This document shows, one piece after another, positions 24,857 through 38,300 of a stretch of DNA of 64,000 nt. Both the position numbers and the translations under genes were made by a program. How positions within the stretch are numbered: position 1 is the first letter of the stretch; each line of letters begins with the position of its first letter. The stretch is from Octopus bimaculoides (lineage: Eukaryota), in assembly GCF_001194135.2 (NCBI RefSeq), contig NC_068986.1, positions 63,779,458-63,843,457 of the forward strand. The letters are read 5' to 3'. Under the pieces are notes generated by a model, which was not told the DNA's origin, made no database searches, and was given only the letters and a program-made list of their open reading frames with translations.

Positions 24857-26692
24857 AAGTTGTAATATGTACAGACATTATACAACACATACACACCATT
24901 ATCATCATTATTTAATGCCTTTTTTCTGTATTGGCTGGTGTGGCAGGGTCTGATGATCTGCAGAGCTGCATCAAGCCCTAGTGGCAGCTTTGGTATGGCT
25001 TCTGCAACTGGATGTCTTTCCTAATGTCAACCACTTTACAGTGGGTGCTCTTTTTCATGACACTGACTAGTGGGGTTGCCAAGTAACTTTTCAAGACAAA
25101 GTAAAGAAAAGAAATTGAATGGGAGTGTATTTGAGAGATGGGGTGGTGGCATATGCCAGTGCTGAGTTTTAAAGTATGATAGAGACAAGAACAAGTGTTT
25201 GGCTATCAAGGAGATACATGGCTACCCCTTATTATGTGAGAGTAGGTGAAGGTAGCTGGAAGGGAGATAAACATGGTGGTGACAGGGTGCTGAAGATAAG
25301 GGAAAATATAGACTGGGGATTCGGAGGAAAGGAAAGGATGGGTAATTTTATAAAGTGTATTGCAGGAGAGTGACAGAGATTGAACTTAGAGATGGATATA
25401 GTGAGTAATGAAAAATGGTGAAGGTGTGTTTGATGGTGAATATTGGTATGGAGGAAGATGTGAGAGATATAGAAATGTCATAGGAAGGAGGAGGTGATAA
25501 GCGACAGCACAACAGGTGTGAAGATCAGCAGTATTATATATATGTGTGTGTGTGTGTGTTTGCATAGATCAGAAGTTGAGAGATGTTTAGGGTGTGAGAG
25601 TGGGAGAGTGATGAACTGCAGCAGAGATGGAGGTTAGAAATACATGAGGGTGACAAAGGTTATGGGAGGGTCCTGAGATTGATGATAGATAAGATAGGTG
25701 TTAAAGATGAGGTATGACAGACCTGAGCTGTAGCTCAGAGGAGGTGGAGAGATTGCTGAAGACACAGAAAGGATGTGATCAGTGGAAAGAAGTTTGGACA
25801 GGGATGTTAATGAGCATGAGGTAGCTGATACTACTAAAGTGAGCTTGAAGTGTGCATTGATTCTACGCCCAAAAGATTTCAGTACCGGAATAGAATGATA
25901 CTTATAGAAGTGATGGAGGGATGAGTGTTAACAAAATGATATGGAGAGAGTGCTTGACGTGGCAAATTGAGTATAGGTTCTGGCAAGCACATGAACAAGG
26001 GCATCAGCATATAATAGTTACCAAGGGCAGCCAGTCTTAAATTCCTCTGTTAAGGCCTGGAGTACTGTGACAATTAGGAGGAGACTGAGTATACACTGTG
26101 TATGTAATATATATAACCTATGTGAAAATAGATTAAGCATTTCTCCAGCAGGGATATTTGACACAAGAGTTAAAGACGTTTTCTGATTGGCCCATAAAGT
26201 ATAAAAATTTGGCTAATTTTTATAAAACAGTGCTGGCCAGGGGAGCCTCAGGCCAGCGCATCTCACAGAACCTAATGTTCCTGCTTCTGGCCTACAGAAG
26301 TAGGTATGTTAGCCAGGCATTCAATTCATGAATAAAAAAAGTAATAATTATTACAGAATGAGAGAGCTGGCAGTAGCAAAGAAATGTAGTTTGGCAACAA
26401 GACCAGTTAAAATAAATGGCAAAGCGACCTATTGATTCTCTTTTCTTTATATTCCATATTGCATCACTCAGCTATACAAATTTATCTCCTCCACCATTGT
26501 AACACTTGAAGTTGAGGTTTCTTTTTACTTTGTCACAGAAAAAATAGCCAGTGTAATCATATTCATAGTATGCAAAGGAATAAATTCCACATTTACCAGG
26601 TACAGTGAGTGGTTAGCAAACCTTATCAGCTATTGTTTTATACACACACACACACATAACAGCATCAGTGCCAAGCAGTGATTAAGAATTAA

Positions 26693-26898
26693 CAAACTTT
26701 AGGTTATTTAAAATATGTTTGTAACATATTTACATATTTCATCTTCTAAAGGCAAGTTCACTGCAGTTACCATGGAGAAAAAAATTCTTGTCTACTTTTT
26801 ACTATAAGAGCGAATTTTTTTCTCCATGGTAACTGCAATGAATTTGCCTTTAGAAGTCAAAATAACTCACAAGCATATTTTAACTAACCTAAAGTTTG
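26693..26898. repeat. Foldback/MITE-like inverted repeat
   Basis: 45-bp inner arms (26743-26787 / 26812-26856) have 2 differences. 30-bp outer arms starting at 26693 and ending at 26898 also have 2 differences. Confidence 0.85.
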
Positions 26899-28734
26899 TG
26901 TGTGTGTGTGTATGTGGTACACACACTGTGCATTAGAAAGTATTAAGAAATTTTCAAGTTGTTATACTGTTACAAGTATTGAGTGATTTGACACTTTGAA
27001 GGGAAATTGACAATATCCTTTCCACTTGAAATTATTTAGAGATAAACAGTCCACTCCTGCTATGAAAAATGTTTATTTCAAGTATATTCAGTTAAAATTA
27101 GTGTTCTTTGTTGAATTGACTGTTCAATTTGTTGTTTTCTTTTAATTATGATGTAAATGTTAGTCATCAATATAAAAAAAAAATATGGGTGACCAAATGA
27201 AATATTCTCTTTACTCTTCTAAGAATAAAGAGATGACACAATAATACTAACTGGCTATATTTCACTATTACAACAGACTCTTCTATTCTTGACAAAACAC
27301 AGTGGGGGGGGGGGGTTATTTAAAAGGCTGTATTTTGTATGTATCTGTGTGTATGTGCACACACACTGCAGGCTCCTTTCAATTTCTGTTTACCAAATTC
27401 ACTCAACAAGGATTTGAGTAGATGTAGGAGATAATTAAAGGGCTCTATTGTATGTATGCATGTGTGCCTGAGTTTTTGTTTCCTTGTCTTGACATTGTCG
27501 ATGCACTAATTGTAAATGTCACTGACATACAAACATTGTCATTTGCTTGCAAACTTCCAAGGAAATATGTCTGGCCGTTGTGCTGTTTGTGTTCACTGGG
27601 AAATATTACTTTGTTTCATAATAGGTCAAGGTTGGGAACAAGAAGAACATCTGGTCATGGAAAATCTACCTCAACAAATGTCATATTACCCATGCTAGCA
27701 TGGAAAAGTGGACTTTAAAAACAATGGTGGTGATGATGATATGTAGAATGAACTTCTTACAGCAACCAGTTTGTTAATATTACTGCAACCTTATGTTTTT
27801 TTTCTAATAGAAGTGGATAAAATAAGAGAAAAAGAAAGAAAAAAATGAATATTGAAGTAAATGCTAACTGTAGAGCAAAGATTTGAAATAAATCAGATTT
27901 GAAATAAATCAGAACAGGTGTTGTCTACATTTAATCATTAATTAGTAGCAGAACTGGAAAAAAATTATTGAAATTTAAATTGGTTCTTGAGTTTACTCAT
28001 TTTTTCTGATTTTCTTTTTCTTTTATAAACAATTAACTGAAGTAAAAATTTTAAAAAAAAGAAAGAGAGAAAGAAACATCATTATCATCATTTCTGTTAA
28101 TATTGAGTCAGATGTGAGTGAGTCACTGTTGGTAACAAAAGTTCCTGAATCACTAAAGTGATCAATTAGATTAATATAAAGTATAGGAATGAGGTAAACA
28201 TTTTAGTGATTTAAAGTAACTAAGAATAAAAGACTCGGCAAAGTATGTGTGTGTATGGATGTATTAAGAAATAAATGAATTTGTATCTGAATTTGAATAT
28301 CATGTGCACCATTTCTCAAATGTTTCTACTCTTCATTGAAGTTTCTGTCATTTCTTGAATATGAATTATTGTTATAACCTTTTATGTTTACTTCAGAAAT
28401 AAAAAGTTAATTCATCAAATTCTTGTGTGTGTGAAGTCAGCTACATCCATTTCCTCTAATACATAATGATTGTTTTATCTTCTACAATGCAGCATCTCTG
28501 AGTTTCTATCCAACAGTAATAGCTACTAACTTTGCTATTTGTTCCTAAAAGTCTTTGCTTTATTTATTTCTGTCTGGAGTATTTTTCTTTTGTTGATATT
28601 TTCTCTTACCAGCCTTTGGCATATATCATCTATACCAGTGCAGGTATTGATGTCTAAGCATCATTCACTAGTGGGCATGACCTGAAAACTTATACCATGC
28701 TTTTACTAATTACTTTAGATGCCTGTTCTAGGCA

Positions 28735-28884
28735 GAAGCATAGCTGTGGAAAGAAGCTTGTCTCCCAATCAATCACATGATTCTGGGTTCAGTTCCACTG
28801 TGTGGCACCTTGGGCAAGTGTCTTCGACTATAGCCTTGTGAGTGGATTTGGTAGACGGATACTGAAAGCCCATCATATATATAT
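28735..28884 (+). mobile_element. Partial tRNA-derived SINE (family A) running into a gap
   Basis: GGGTTCAGTTCCACTGTGTGGCACCTTGGGCAAGTG...GATTTGGTAGACGG. Confidence 0.8.
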
Positions 28885-29237
28885 NNNNNNNNNNNNNNNN
28901 NNNNNNNNNNNNNNNNNNNNNNNNNNNNNNNNNNNNNNNNNNNNNNNNNNNNNNNNNNNNNNNNNNNNNNNNNNNNNNNNNNNNNNNNNNNNNNNNNNNN
29001 NNNNNNNNNNNNNNNNNNNNNNNNNNNNNNNNNNNNNNNNNNNNNNNNNNNNNNNNNNNNNNNNNNNNNNNNNNNNNNNNNNNNNNNNATATATGTATGT
29101 ATATAATACAAATAATATATGCGTATATACGTACATGTATGTACATACCTACATCTACCTGTATATATAGATGCATATCTGGGTACAGGACGTAGCAAAA
29201 AAACGTGGACAAAATGATAAACGGAATACAGAAAACA

Positions 29238-30640
29238 CAGTTTGTTCCGAAAAATCCACAGCTTTCAAAATCATCTCCATGACTAAGATAAACCACATGA
29301 CAGATATTGTGCAGCCAGCAGCAATGCTAAGCTCCAATTGCTGCCAATTTGTAGTAAAATCTCCAGCTGTAAACCTCATCTCGAAACTGTCATAATATAT
29401 CATCATTATTTTGGTTACTTTGTCTGGAATGTGAAAGTGGTCCATGGCTCTCATCAGTAATTTGTGTGGCACTGAGCCATATGCACTAACTAGGTCAAGC
29501 CACACCATGTTCAAACTTGTTCTGTTTGGCATCCTGAATCACTTTCCAAATCACAAAACAGTGTTCAATGCATCCAGGGATTCCTGCTTTTGAACACATT
29601 CATCAACATATCCATTACTCTGTAAATATGTCACTGTTCTCCTCAAGAGAATTCCCATAAAGATTTTGCCTTCCACATTCAATAAGGATATCGGTCTAAA
29701 CTGTTTTATAGTCTCTGCATTGGCCTCCTTCAGCAGGTATATGCCTTCTGCCTTATACTAATCCTCTATTAGAGTCTCTTGGTTCTAAGAGATGCTTTAG
29801 CCCATTTAGAGGTGGCAGTACCTGATTACAGTGCAGATTGCTGTTGGTTTCTTTGATATGAGCATCCAATTCTTCTTTCGTGCATGATAAAGTGCCACTC
29901 TTTGGTTCAGTGAACAGCTTCTTAGTAAACCCATACAGGTCCTTTAGAAACTGCTCCTGAGTCCTTTTACTTTCCTTTCGTCACTGATATTGGCAGATAT
30001 GTCATTACACATAACAGCATTTCCTTTTCAAATTGGCGTACAGCAGCGCGAGGCCAGGTTTTTCATCTTCTCTAGCATATTTCTATTGCTTTCTTAGGCT
30101 GGTCTTTTCCTTCCTCAGCTGTTTCATTTTCCTGATCCTCCTGCTTGGTCCACACTTCCTTTTGCTAATCGGATACTATCTTTCACTCCAAATAATTCCT
30201 TTCCTGTATCATATATTGAGCTTGTTAACTTTCCCAGTTTCTCCATTGTAGAGCTTGTCTTTTTATAAAGAGCTCGACATACCTTGTTTTCAAACTCTTT
30301 ATATTTTCCTTTCTCATTAGCTGCAGAAAACTCGGTTTCCTCTGAGTACTATCTGATGCACCAGTTTCATAACATGCAGTTTCCTGACAGGAAGAGGTCT
30401 TCGCTTTAGCATTTATTGATCCACTGTGGTTTGAGTCCGCGAATGATTTGCCATGTGTTTTATGATCAGATGATCCACACTGCTCTGTCCTCTTCTTACA
30501 AGTCTTTCCCTGATGTATCTTCAAGCCTCTCAGTTGCAAAGGTCCTACAGCACAGCTTGCATCCAAGGTTGTTTACACTTCATTACAACAGAAATTTTTC
30601 TTCTGGCAACACTGCATCTGTCCAATGTAATGGGCATGTA
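29238..30640 (-). mobile_element. HERO-like (RLE-type) non-LTR retrotransposon, 5' part, degenerate
   Basis: RT motifs WLDLVSAYGSVPHKL...WQQLELSIAAGCTISVMWFILVM and an N-terminal zinc-finger-like RGLKIHQGKTC, as in HERO-clade elements. Confidence 0.8.
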
Positions 30641-31042
30641 AATAGATTCATTTAAATCAATTGAATAAAATAGATTCAATAAGCCTTTTGAGTTTAAAGA
30701 ATCTGTGATTTTTTTCCTTTCAAATCAAGGGGTAACGGCATAAGTAAATATATTTTGGGGTAATTGGTTAAAAAAGTTCCCCAAGCCCTGCTCTACCTGC
30801 TAGAAATAGCAACCAAGTCTACTTTCTGTCACACTTTACCTTCCCTTCTTCAAAAAAAAGGACACTGTCTGGAGGCAAAATACAGGCTAGTCACGACTAA
30901 GCAACAAAACCTTCTGCACAATATACATAGTATGTATTGAACCCATGTATGTATGTGATCAATGTTATTGTCATTGGCATGGGTTTCCCATCAGCTATAT
31001 GACACAATATAACACTTATTAATTTGTTGTTAATTTATGTAA

Positions 31043-31753
31043 TAACCATTCAACTGCTTCTTCATTGCTTTAGTGAGCATCCATGCTTCAGCCCCATATA
31101 GAACAGACTCCACTGTTGCCAGAAACAACTTCTCATTCAATTTCCTGCTAACTTTGAACTCCATACTTTTCTCAATTTATGGCATGCATTCCAGGCAAGA
31201 TCTTTTCTTGCTACGATGTCTTTCTCAGTACTTTGTGTCCACGCACCAAGGTATTTGAAATTTCAGCTACCTTGAGCAACTTGCAGCTCTGTTTTGTTTA
31301 CATTACAGTACAATCCTACCTTCCCTGATACCTGCTCTAATCTGCTAAGCATAGTCTAGGTCAGTTACTGTTACTGCTTGATGCCGGCTACTTCTTTGCC
31401 TATGCAGTTTGAATCCCAGTTCTTCCTAGAATGGCACTCAATGTCTCCTGGAAGAGTCCTACAACAAACACCAACTTACACCAGGAACTACCAAAAGTAA
31501 CATTGAAGATACAGCATAAAAGGATGAAGACATCCCGATGAAATTGCTAACAAGCTAGTGCTCTGGCAACCAACGGAAGGAAGAACCAGGAGAGGAAGGA
31601 AGAATATGGCCTATATTGACAACTTGCTGGAGGATACTGGTATGAAAGGGGTACAGAAGCTGAGGGCCATTATGGAAGATTGAGATGAGTGGGAAAACAT
31701 GTGGAAACTGTCTTCGGGCGTCCTGAGAGACACCCTAGATAGAGATAGATAGA
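31043..31753 (+). mobile_element. 5'-truncated RTE-clade LINE with inverted 5' segment, (AGAT)n tail and 12-bp TSD
   Basis: 31043-31427 encodes ...FKYLGAW...LFLATVESVLYGAEAWMLT...QLNG on the minus strand. 31428-31753 encodes RMALNVSW...LWQPTEGRTRRGR on the plus strand. TAATTTATGTAA occurs at 31031-31042 and 31754-31765. Confidence 0.85.
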
Positions 31754-32129
31754 TAATTTATGTAAAAAAAAACCTAACATTAATATAAATACTAGTAAAA
31801 TAAAGGCACTATATTTATTTAGCTAGTAGCATGCATATAAAGAAGACATGTGGTTGGGAAGATCTGTATAACTCAATAAAGAAAACTGTGTCAGGTTCCT
31901 GGCCCAATGATCAGATGTAACCATTGCAGTGTATCATTAGGTAAAGCACATTTTATTTGCTTCGCTCAACTTAATTGATAAAAGGTCGGGGCTGGAGTAC
32001 CCTTCTCGCTTAACAGTTGATTGGTTAGTGCTAGGGAGTTCAATCAACTCTAAAATGTATTCAACACTTGGCAATGTTGATAACCAAAGTTTCAGAATGA
32101 TAAAAATGAAAATTAAGAAATAACTGCAT

Positions 32130-32300
32130 ATGTATGTATGTATGGATGGATGGATGGATGGATGGATGGATGGATGGATGGATGGATGGATGGATGGATG
32201 GATGGATGGATGGATGGATGGATGGATGGATGGATGGATGGATGGATGGATGGATGGATGGATGGATGGATGGATGGATGCATGCATGCATGCATGCATG
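32130..32300. repeat. Compound tetranucleotide microsatellite (TATG)n-(GATG)n-(CATG)n
   Basis: Directly visible, with about 35 GATG units. It generates the spurious MDGW/HPSI ORFs. Confidence 0.97.
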
Positions 32301-35300
32301 TCTGTCTGTTTGTCTGTCCAAACTTTCAGAAAGAGCCAAACAATGCTAAAAATTAGAGAGAGAGAGAGAGAGAGAGAGTGTGTGATGTTGATTGGTTGGT
32401 TTTGTTTTATAAGGATACTGTTTTCAATGATTTAGAATTATAATTTAATAAGTTGCTGAATTCACAGATGTCTTCCTTTTTTTTGTACTTTTTCTATTTG
32501 GAAAATAATTGAGTAGAAATAAAAGAAAAAAAAGGATTAAATGGATATCACTAATTACATGCTGATTTTGAAGAATTGTTTTGTTCAAAGGATTAAAGAT
32601 TTATCTACTTAAAGGATGCAGGAATTTGTATTTTGAAGATTTCACAAATTTACTTTACATATTAAGTTTTATGACAATAGTTGTATTATTTATGCTGAGT
32701 ATTTTAGAGGCTAACAGTTGTATTATTTTCATTGGTGCTGGTTTTAAATCTAGAGTTTTTAGCTTCGTTTAATTTTTATTTGTTGTATGTATTTTCTTAA
32801 ATATTTTACACTCATGTCTGTTTGAATGCCTTTGCTTCATGCCTTCAGGGTTAAAAATTAGTATTTGGGAGTGGCTTTGAACATGTCAAAAAGAAAAGAG
32901 AGGCATCAGTATTTTCACCACTCATTCGCTTATGCTTATTCTTTATTTTACTCTTGTTGCTTTCCTTTAAGATATGGAATTTAATATTCATTAAATTGTT
33001 TACAATCTTTGATTCAAAATGGTAGATTAGTTTGTGTGTGAATTTATGTAAAAATAAATAAATAAATATATTCATTATTCATTGTCATGTGAGAATTGTG
33101 TGTGTATATCATGAAAGTTCACATCATCTTGACACAACTCTGCTGAGTAGTGTTTTTACTTCCCTTTTACTACATGGTAACTATGATAGTTGCTTTTATA
33201 AAAACATGAACTGACATTGCTTAGAGAAGTCTATTTTTCTTTTATTTTTTAAAGGTAGTACTGTAACAGTTTTATTTTCTGCTTCCTCTCAATTACAACC
33301 AAGTTTTTTGCCATTTATAAACTCTTCAGAGATTTAGGCAGGGTATTCTCAAGGTAGCACCAAAAATAATGCAAGTCTTGTTTTCAATGTAAATTCCATT
33401 AAAATAGAAGAGAAATACTATAAAGTTTAAATCTGAGGAATAATATCCTGTATCTGTTACAATACAGTACAAATATTAGATGAGGATTCAGTACCCCTCT
33501 AAAGTCAGTTTTAGCAAGGAGATATGAATGTCAGTGACTTTGTGATCTTGGACAAAGTCATTGTCATTATTTAAGTTACTTTTCCTTGCTTGCATGGGTC
33601 AGACATGAATATGTTGAAGCAGATTTTTTTTTTACATGCCCTTCCTGTTGCCATCCTTCACCTGTTTCCAAGCAAAGTAATATTTCTCTATGACCAGTCA
33701 TTTTTACACAGAATATTAGAAATGAATTATGCTGCTTGTATGACAGTGACACTCATTTACAGCTGTCACATGATGTCAGGACGAGACATAAACACATACA
33801 CTCACGTATACGTATGTCATCATGATCATTTAGCATCCATTTTCCATGCTAGCATGGGTTGGACAGCCTGACAGTATGCCATAGGGCTGTGGCAAGCTCC
33901 AATGTCAGCTTTAGCATGGTTTCTACAATGCCAAACACTTTACAATGTGTACAGGGTGCTTCCCTCAGGCCACTGGCAACAGTGAAGTTGCCAAAGTATT
34001 GCAAAAGTCACTTTGATTGAGCAAATATTATTTCAATACTAAAATCTCCCTTCACATACAAACACTTTAAAAAAAGACAAAACAAAAACAGTTCAGAATG
34101 AATGTCAATTCAGTTCTTAAAATGATTATTAAAGTAGGTAAGTGAATAAAAGACTAATATAAAATGTACCTCAGGAAACTGTAATATGTTACTTAGTGAA
34201 ACCACTGGTAAAGGGAAGTTAACTATTTAACTAGTCTATTTAGACCTTATAGAGAGTGGACACAAACAGCTGTTTAAATTGTAATTTAGTTCAAGTGGTT
34301 TATAAAGAATAATGTCCACGTGAGGGTGGGGTAAATACAGCAGAACAAACTAACTGATGAGCAACCAAAGATTATAATATTTTGCCACCTGATATTAGCA
34401 GAGGTCAACTGAGTTAAAACAACTACAATTAACTCTCATTCTTAAAAGGCTACTAATTATGTTGGCATTCTTGACTAGAAAAGTTTAGTTTCTTGATATT
34501 TCATCAACTCATTATTTATCTTTTTTAAGACCTATTTATTTTTTCAATCCTACTCAATGAGAATTGCAGCTGAGTGAAATGGCATATGCAAAGTGAAGTG
34601 AGTGAATTATTTGGTGATAAACAAGAATCTGAAGTTGTATAAGTTGTCTAACAAGAAATGCTTTGATCAGTGAAGAAGCACAAATGCATGTAACAACTTT
34701 AAATATTTATAAGTGTTGTTTTTCTTGTCTCTGCTAGAAAAGTGAAAGTATGAAAGCACAGTGGGGAACTTCACTTATTTATCTGGATATATCGATTTCT
34801 TCTGAGCAGTCTTAGTAGGAAATTGCTAAGTCAATGGAATTGACTTACACATATTACTGGTACTTGTTTTATGAACCTTTGCAAAGCAAAAAAGTATGGA
34901 TAGTAAAGTTAGGTACCAGACAGCCAGCTGAGAAGTCAGTTGCTCTTATCTTATCAGTCATTATGATGCCCCTGTCCAAAACACTTAGCTCACAAAGGTC
35001 TAGTTCACTCAATTCCATGTTTTTGTTAAGTTCCATATCAACCCTGATCAAGTAGATCTATGAATCAAAGACATTCTAGCCATGACTACAGTGCCCACAT
35101 CCTTCCTTTTTTGTAAGACAGTAAGGTTTGATTTGAGAGAGGATTGGCTTCTATTTACAACAAGTTATCAAATAGGGTATCATGTTGCATATCTCCAATT
35201 GAATTCTGCAAGCATATGATTTTTTTTTTCTTGCTGTTGGCAGCAACAATGACATTGTCATTTGGCCTACACTATCAAATTGTTTTCTGAGGAAAATTCA

Positions 35301-38300
35301 AGATAAATCAATATCCTATTCAAGAGGAGTGTTATCTCTCATTCATTTGGTACTGTAACAATAACTAGATAAGAATCTGTCCTGTGGATCTTTGTAGTTC
35401 AGAACAGGATTTTTAGATTTTGAACTTAGTTTGCAAAATATGAACTCAGAACAATAGGACACCAAACCAGACATGTTCAAGTGAATAGCCTGACAGTTCA
35501 CTGTTTTAACCAACTAAATAGTCCTCAATACTTCATTGATAGTTATTCCATAAATGGGATGTCCAAAGTTGAAATACTTTTTGATCAGAAGTCTGCTTCA
35601 CTATGGCTGACCTGGAGCTAAACAACAAGCTCAAACTATCACTTTGTTTATGCTTCTTATTACTGCTATATGTATATTATTTATTTACTTTTTTCATTAA
35701 GTATTTTGACATAAAAAATATTTTATCTCTTTTGATCTTTGTACACTTTTAAAGTGTTGTAATACATTTAAATTATGCAATAGCAAAGGAATCTTTAATG
35801 TTAAAATGTTATGTAATGCTTATGCATAATAAACTGTTATTTAAAGAATAGGAAGAGATGTAGTAAGAAGGTTGATCGGTATGCAACTTCTCTATAATAT
35901 CTACAGAACTTGGAAATGAATCATTAACTTTCTAATTTTGTTCTAATTTGCTGTACAGAATTATATTTAAATGTCATTCTGTGTGAGTCACCTCATTTAT
36001 TAATTAATGGATATGTATTTAATTTCTGGTTTTTATAATTATCTAATTACCATTTGGTATGCTGTAAGTTTACTTACTGGTGTGCTATGTATTGCAATTG
36101 CTAATCAAAATCATATCTTTTCTCTTCCATGTTATTACAAGACTAGATATTTTTGCTTATCTTTCATTTTCATCTCACTCTTTAGATTTTAGTTAAAAAT
36201 TAAATAAATGCATAAAGCCCTTTCAACAGATCAGAAGCAGTCTAAAATTAATCTAAATTGTAAATTCCTTATTGCAGGTGAAATCTTTTAAATGTTTTTG
36301 CAAATATTAATTTAGACATTACCATTTATTTTTTTGTTTTTTTTAAATACTACATACTTTATTTTCCCACATCAAAATATTCATGCTCCAGACATAATTC
36401 TAAAAGCATGACTTTAAGAATTTTATCTTCAAACTAGACAGGAAAGGCCAACTGAAAAAAAAAATGTTAAATTTGCTCCCAGTGTAATTGAAGCCTCTCA
36501 AATGTAAATCTTTATCCTCTCAACCCAATATTTGTAAATATTTGCTGGTCACAAGACCTTTCTTTACATACTCCACAAGTCATGCTTATTTTATCATTTC
36601 ACCTTGGATCTCATAGACTTCTATTTCCATTTCCCCTCTTATTTTTGTAAAAATCTGTGATTTTATAATGTTCCTAAGTGAGTAAGTCAACAATGGGCCC
36701 ATTATCTCCATCTTGCTTTCCAAGTTCCAAGAATTTGTATGTGTCTTTACCAAGCAATGTAGTTATTAAATATGACTTCATAAACCTGCTTATTTAAAAA
36801 GAAAATTCTTGGAAAATTTCTTGAACAAAAATATAAAATTTTCATAAAACCAGTTTATCATTTACAGAATAGCTTCTTTTCTTTTGTTTTCATTACAAGT
36901 TTAAGGATTAAGTAGAAATCATCTATAAATAGATACCGGTAATACAACTAACACATTATTAAATAGGCTGCATCATTTATTAAAATTAAATGCCTCTTAC
37001 AGTCTCAAGAAATTCATAAAGGTTGGGGCTTAACACTGAATATTGTAGTGTTGAATAGGGGAGAAGTTTCCGTCCCAATATGCCAAAATCTTTGATAATG
37101 TAGGTTGTCTCTATTATGTCAGCAATGTCCATGTGATCAAGTTTTTACTGTGTATGGTCTGTAACTAAGCTGTGCATGGGTTACAGTACCATATTTGGTA
37201 GTGCATTTGAAATATTAGTTTCTTGTCACCAACTGCACATCTGCAACTGGCATTTAACTAACTTAATCAGAGCTTGAGTAGAGCTTAGCATGGTGCAATA
37301 GTTAGAAATGGTTGGTAAAAGTTGAAAGATCATTGACAACTGAATATTTCATCATGCAAGAATATTGCCAATTGATGTGTGAATGAAATAAATGTATGAT
37401 TCAGTTAGAGAAATATAAGCATGGAACTTGGAAGATCTGGGGAGAAGGCAGGAGGGAGAGAGAAGGGAGCTGTTGTGCTTTTGTGATTTGTAGGATGTGT
37501 ACTGAAAAGTTGAATTGATGTAAATGAGAATGAATATTGTTGTAAGAAAATTATTTTTGGTAGAGATGCCTTAGTAAGTAGCTTCGTTCACTGTATAAGA
37601 GTTTTCTTGATTGGAACTTAACTCTACACAAGCAATAAGAATATGATATGCCATTTCAGGTAGTGTGGCAGTAAAACTTCCTGCTAACTAATTGTGTTGA
37701 TAGAAGAGATCAATCATGAAGCCAAATACAATGATTATGGATTGTGGTGATGGTTCACTGGTGGTAATAGATAAAAATTTGCTATCTAGTTGGCTTAATC
37801 ATTATTGGTGTAGGCATCCCAGATAGCTTAGTGACTTTAGCTTGTAATAGCTTATCAATATTACTCCTAATATAGGAAAAGAGAATATTTCTCTGTTCAA
37901 AAGAATAATTGCATGAAGCATGTGTTAAAGAAATATAGCAAAGAATTATGGGGCAGTCTGAGAATAAAACTCATCACATGTAAAGAAAGTAGAACAGTAA
38001 AAATGGTTATGTAACAGTAGGGGTGCAGAATGGATTGTAAATAGTGTGTGTAATATATGGTCAAGTAAACTCTAAAGAAATTAGTGAGAATTAGACAAAT
38101 TGTAGCTTTTTATAAGAATAACAAGAGAGAATTGAATGAAGCCATGTATTGAAATGGAGGTAGATAGAATTCAAAGCAGTGATTAACCAAAGAAATCCTC
38201 AAAGAAACTGGTTACAAGTAATACAAGGGTATGAATGGAGAAAATAACAAAAGATAGACATATAAAGAGAATTTTGGTTATAGAACTGGTCAACAAGAAA

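Noticed and set aside
25100-26080. Strongly purine-skewed block with a short YAD-like RT remnant near 26030
   Set aside because: Probably decayed LINE sequence, but I could not assign family or boundaries.
31937-32435. MDGW/HPSI repeat ORFs in six frames
   Set aside because: Translation of the (GATG)n microsatellite.
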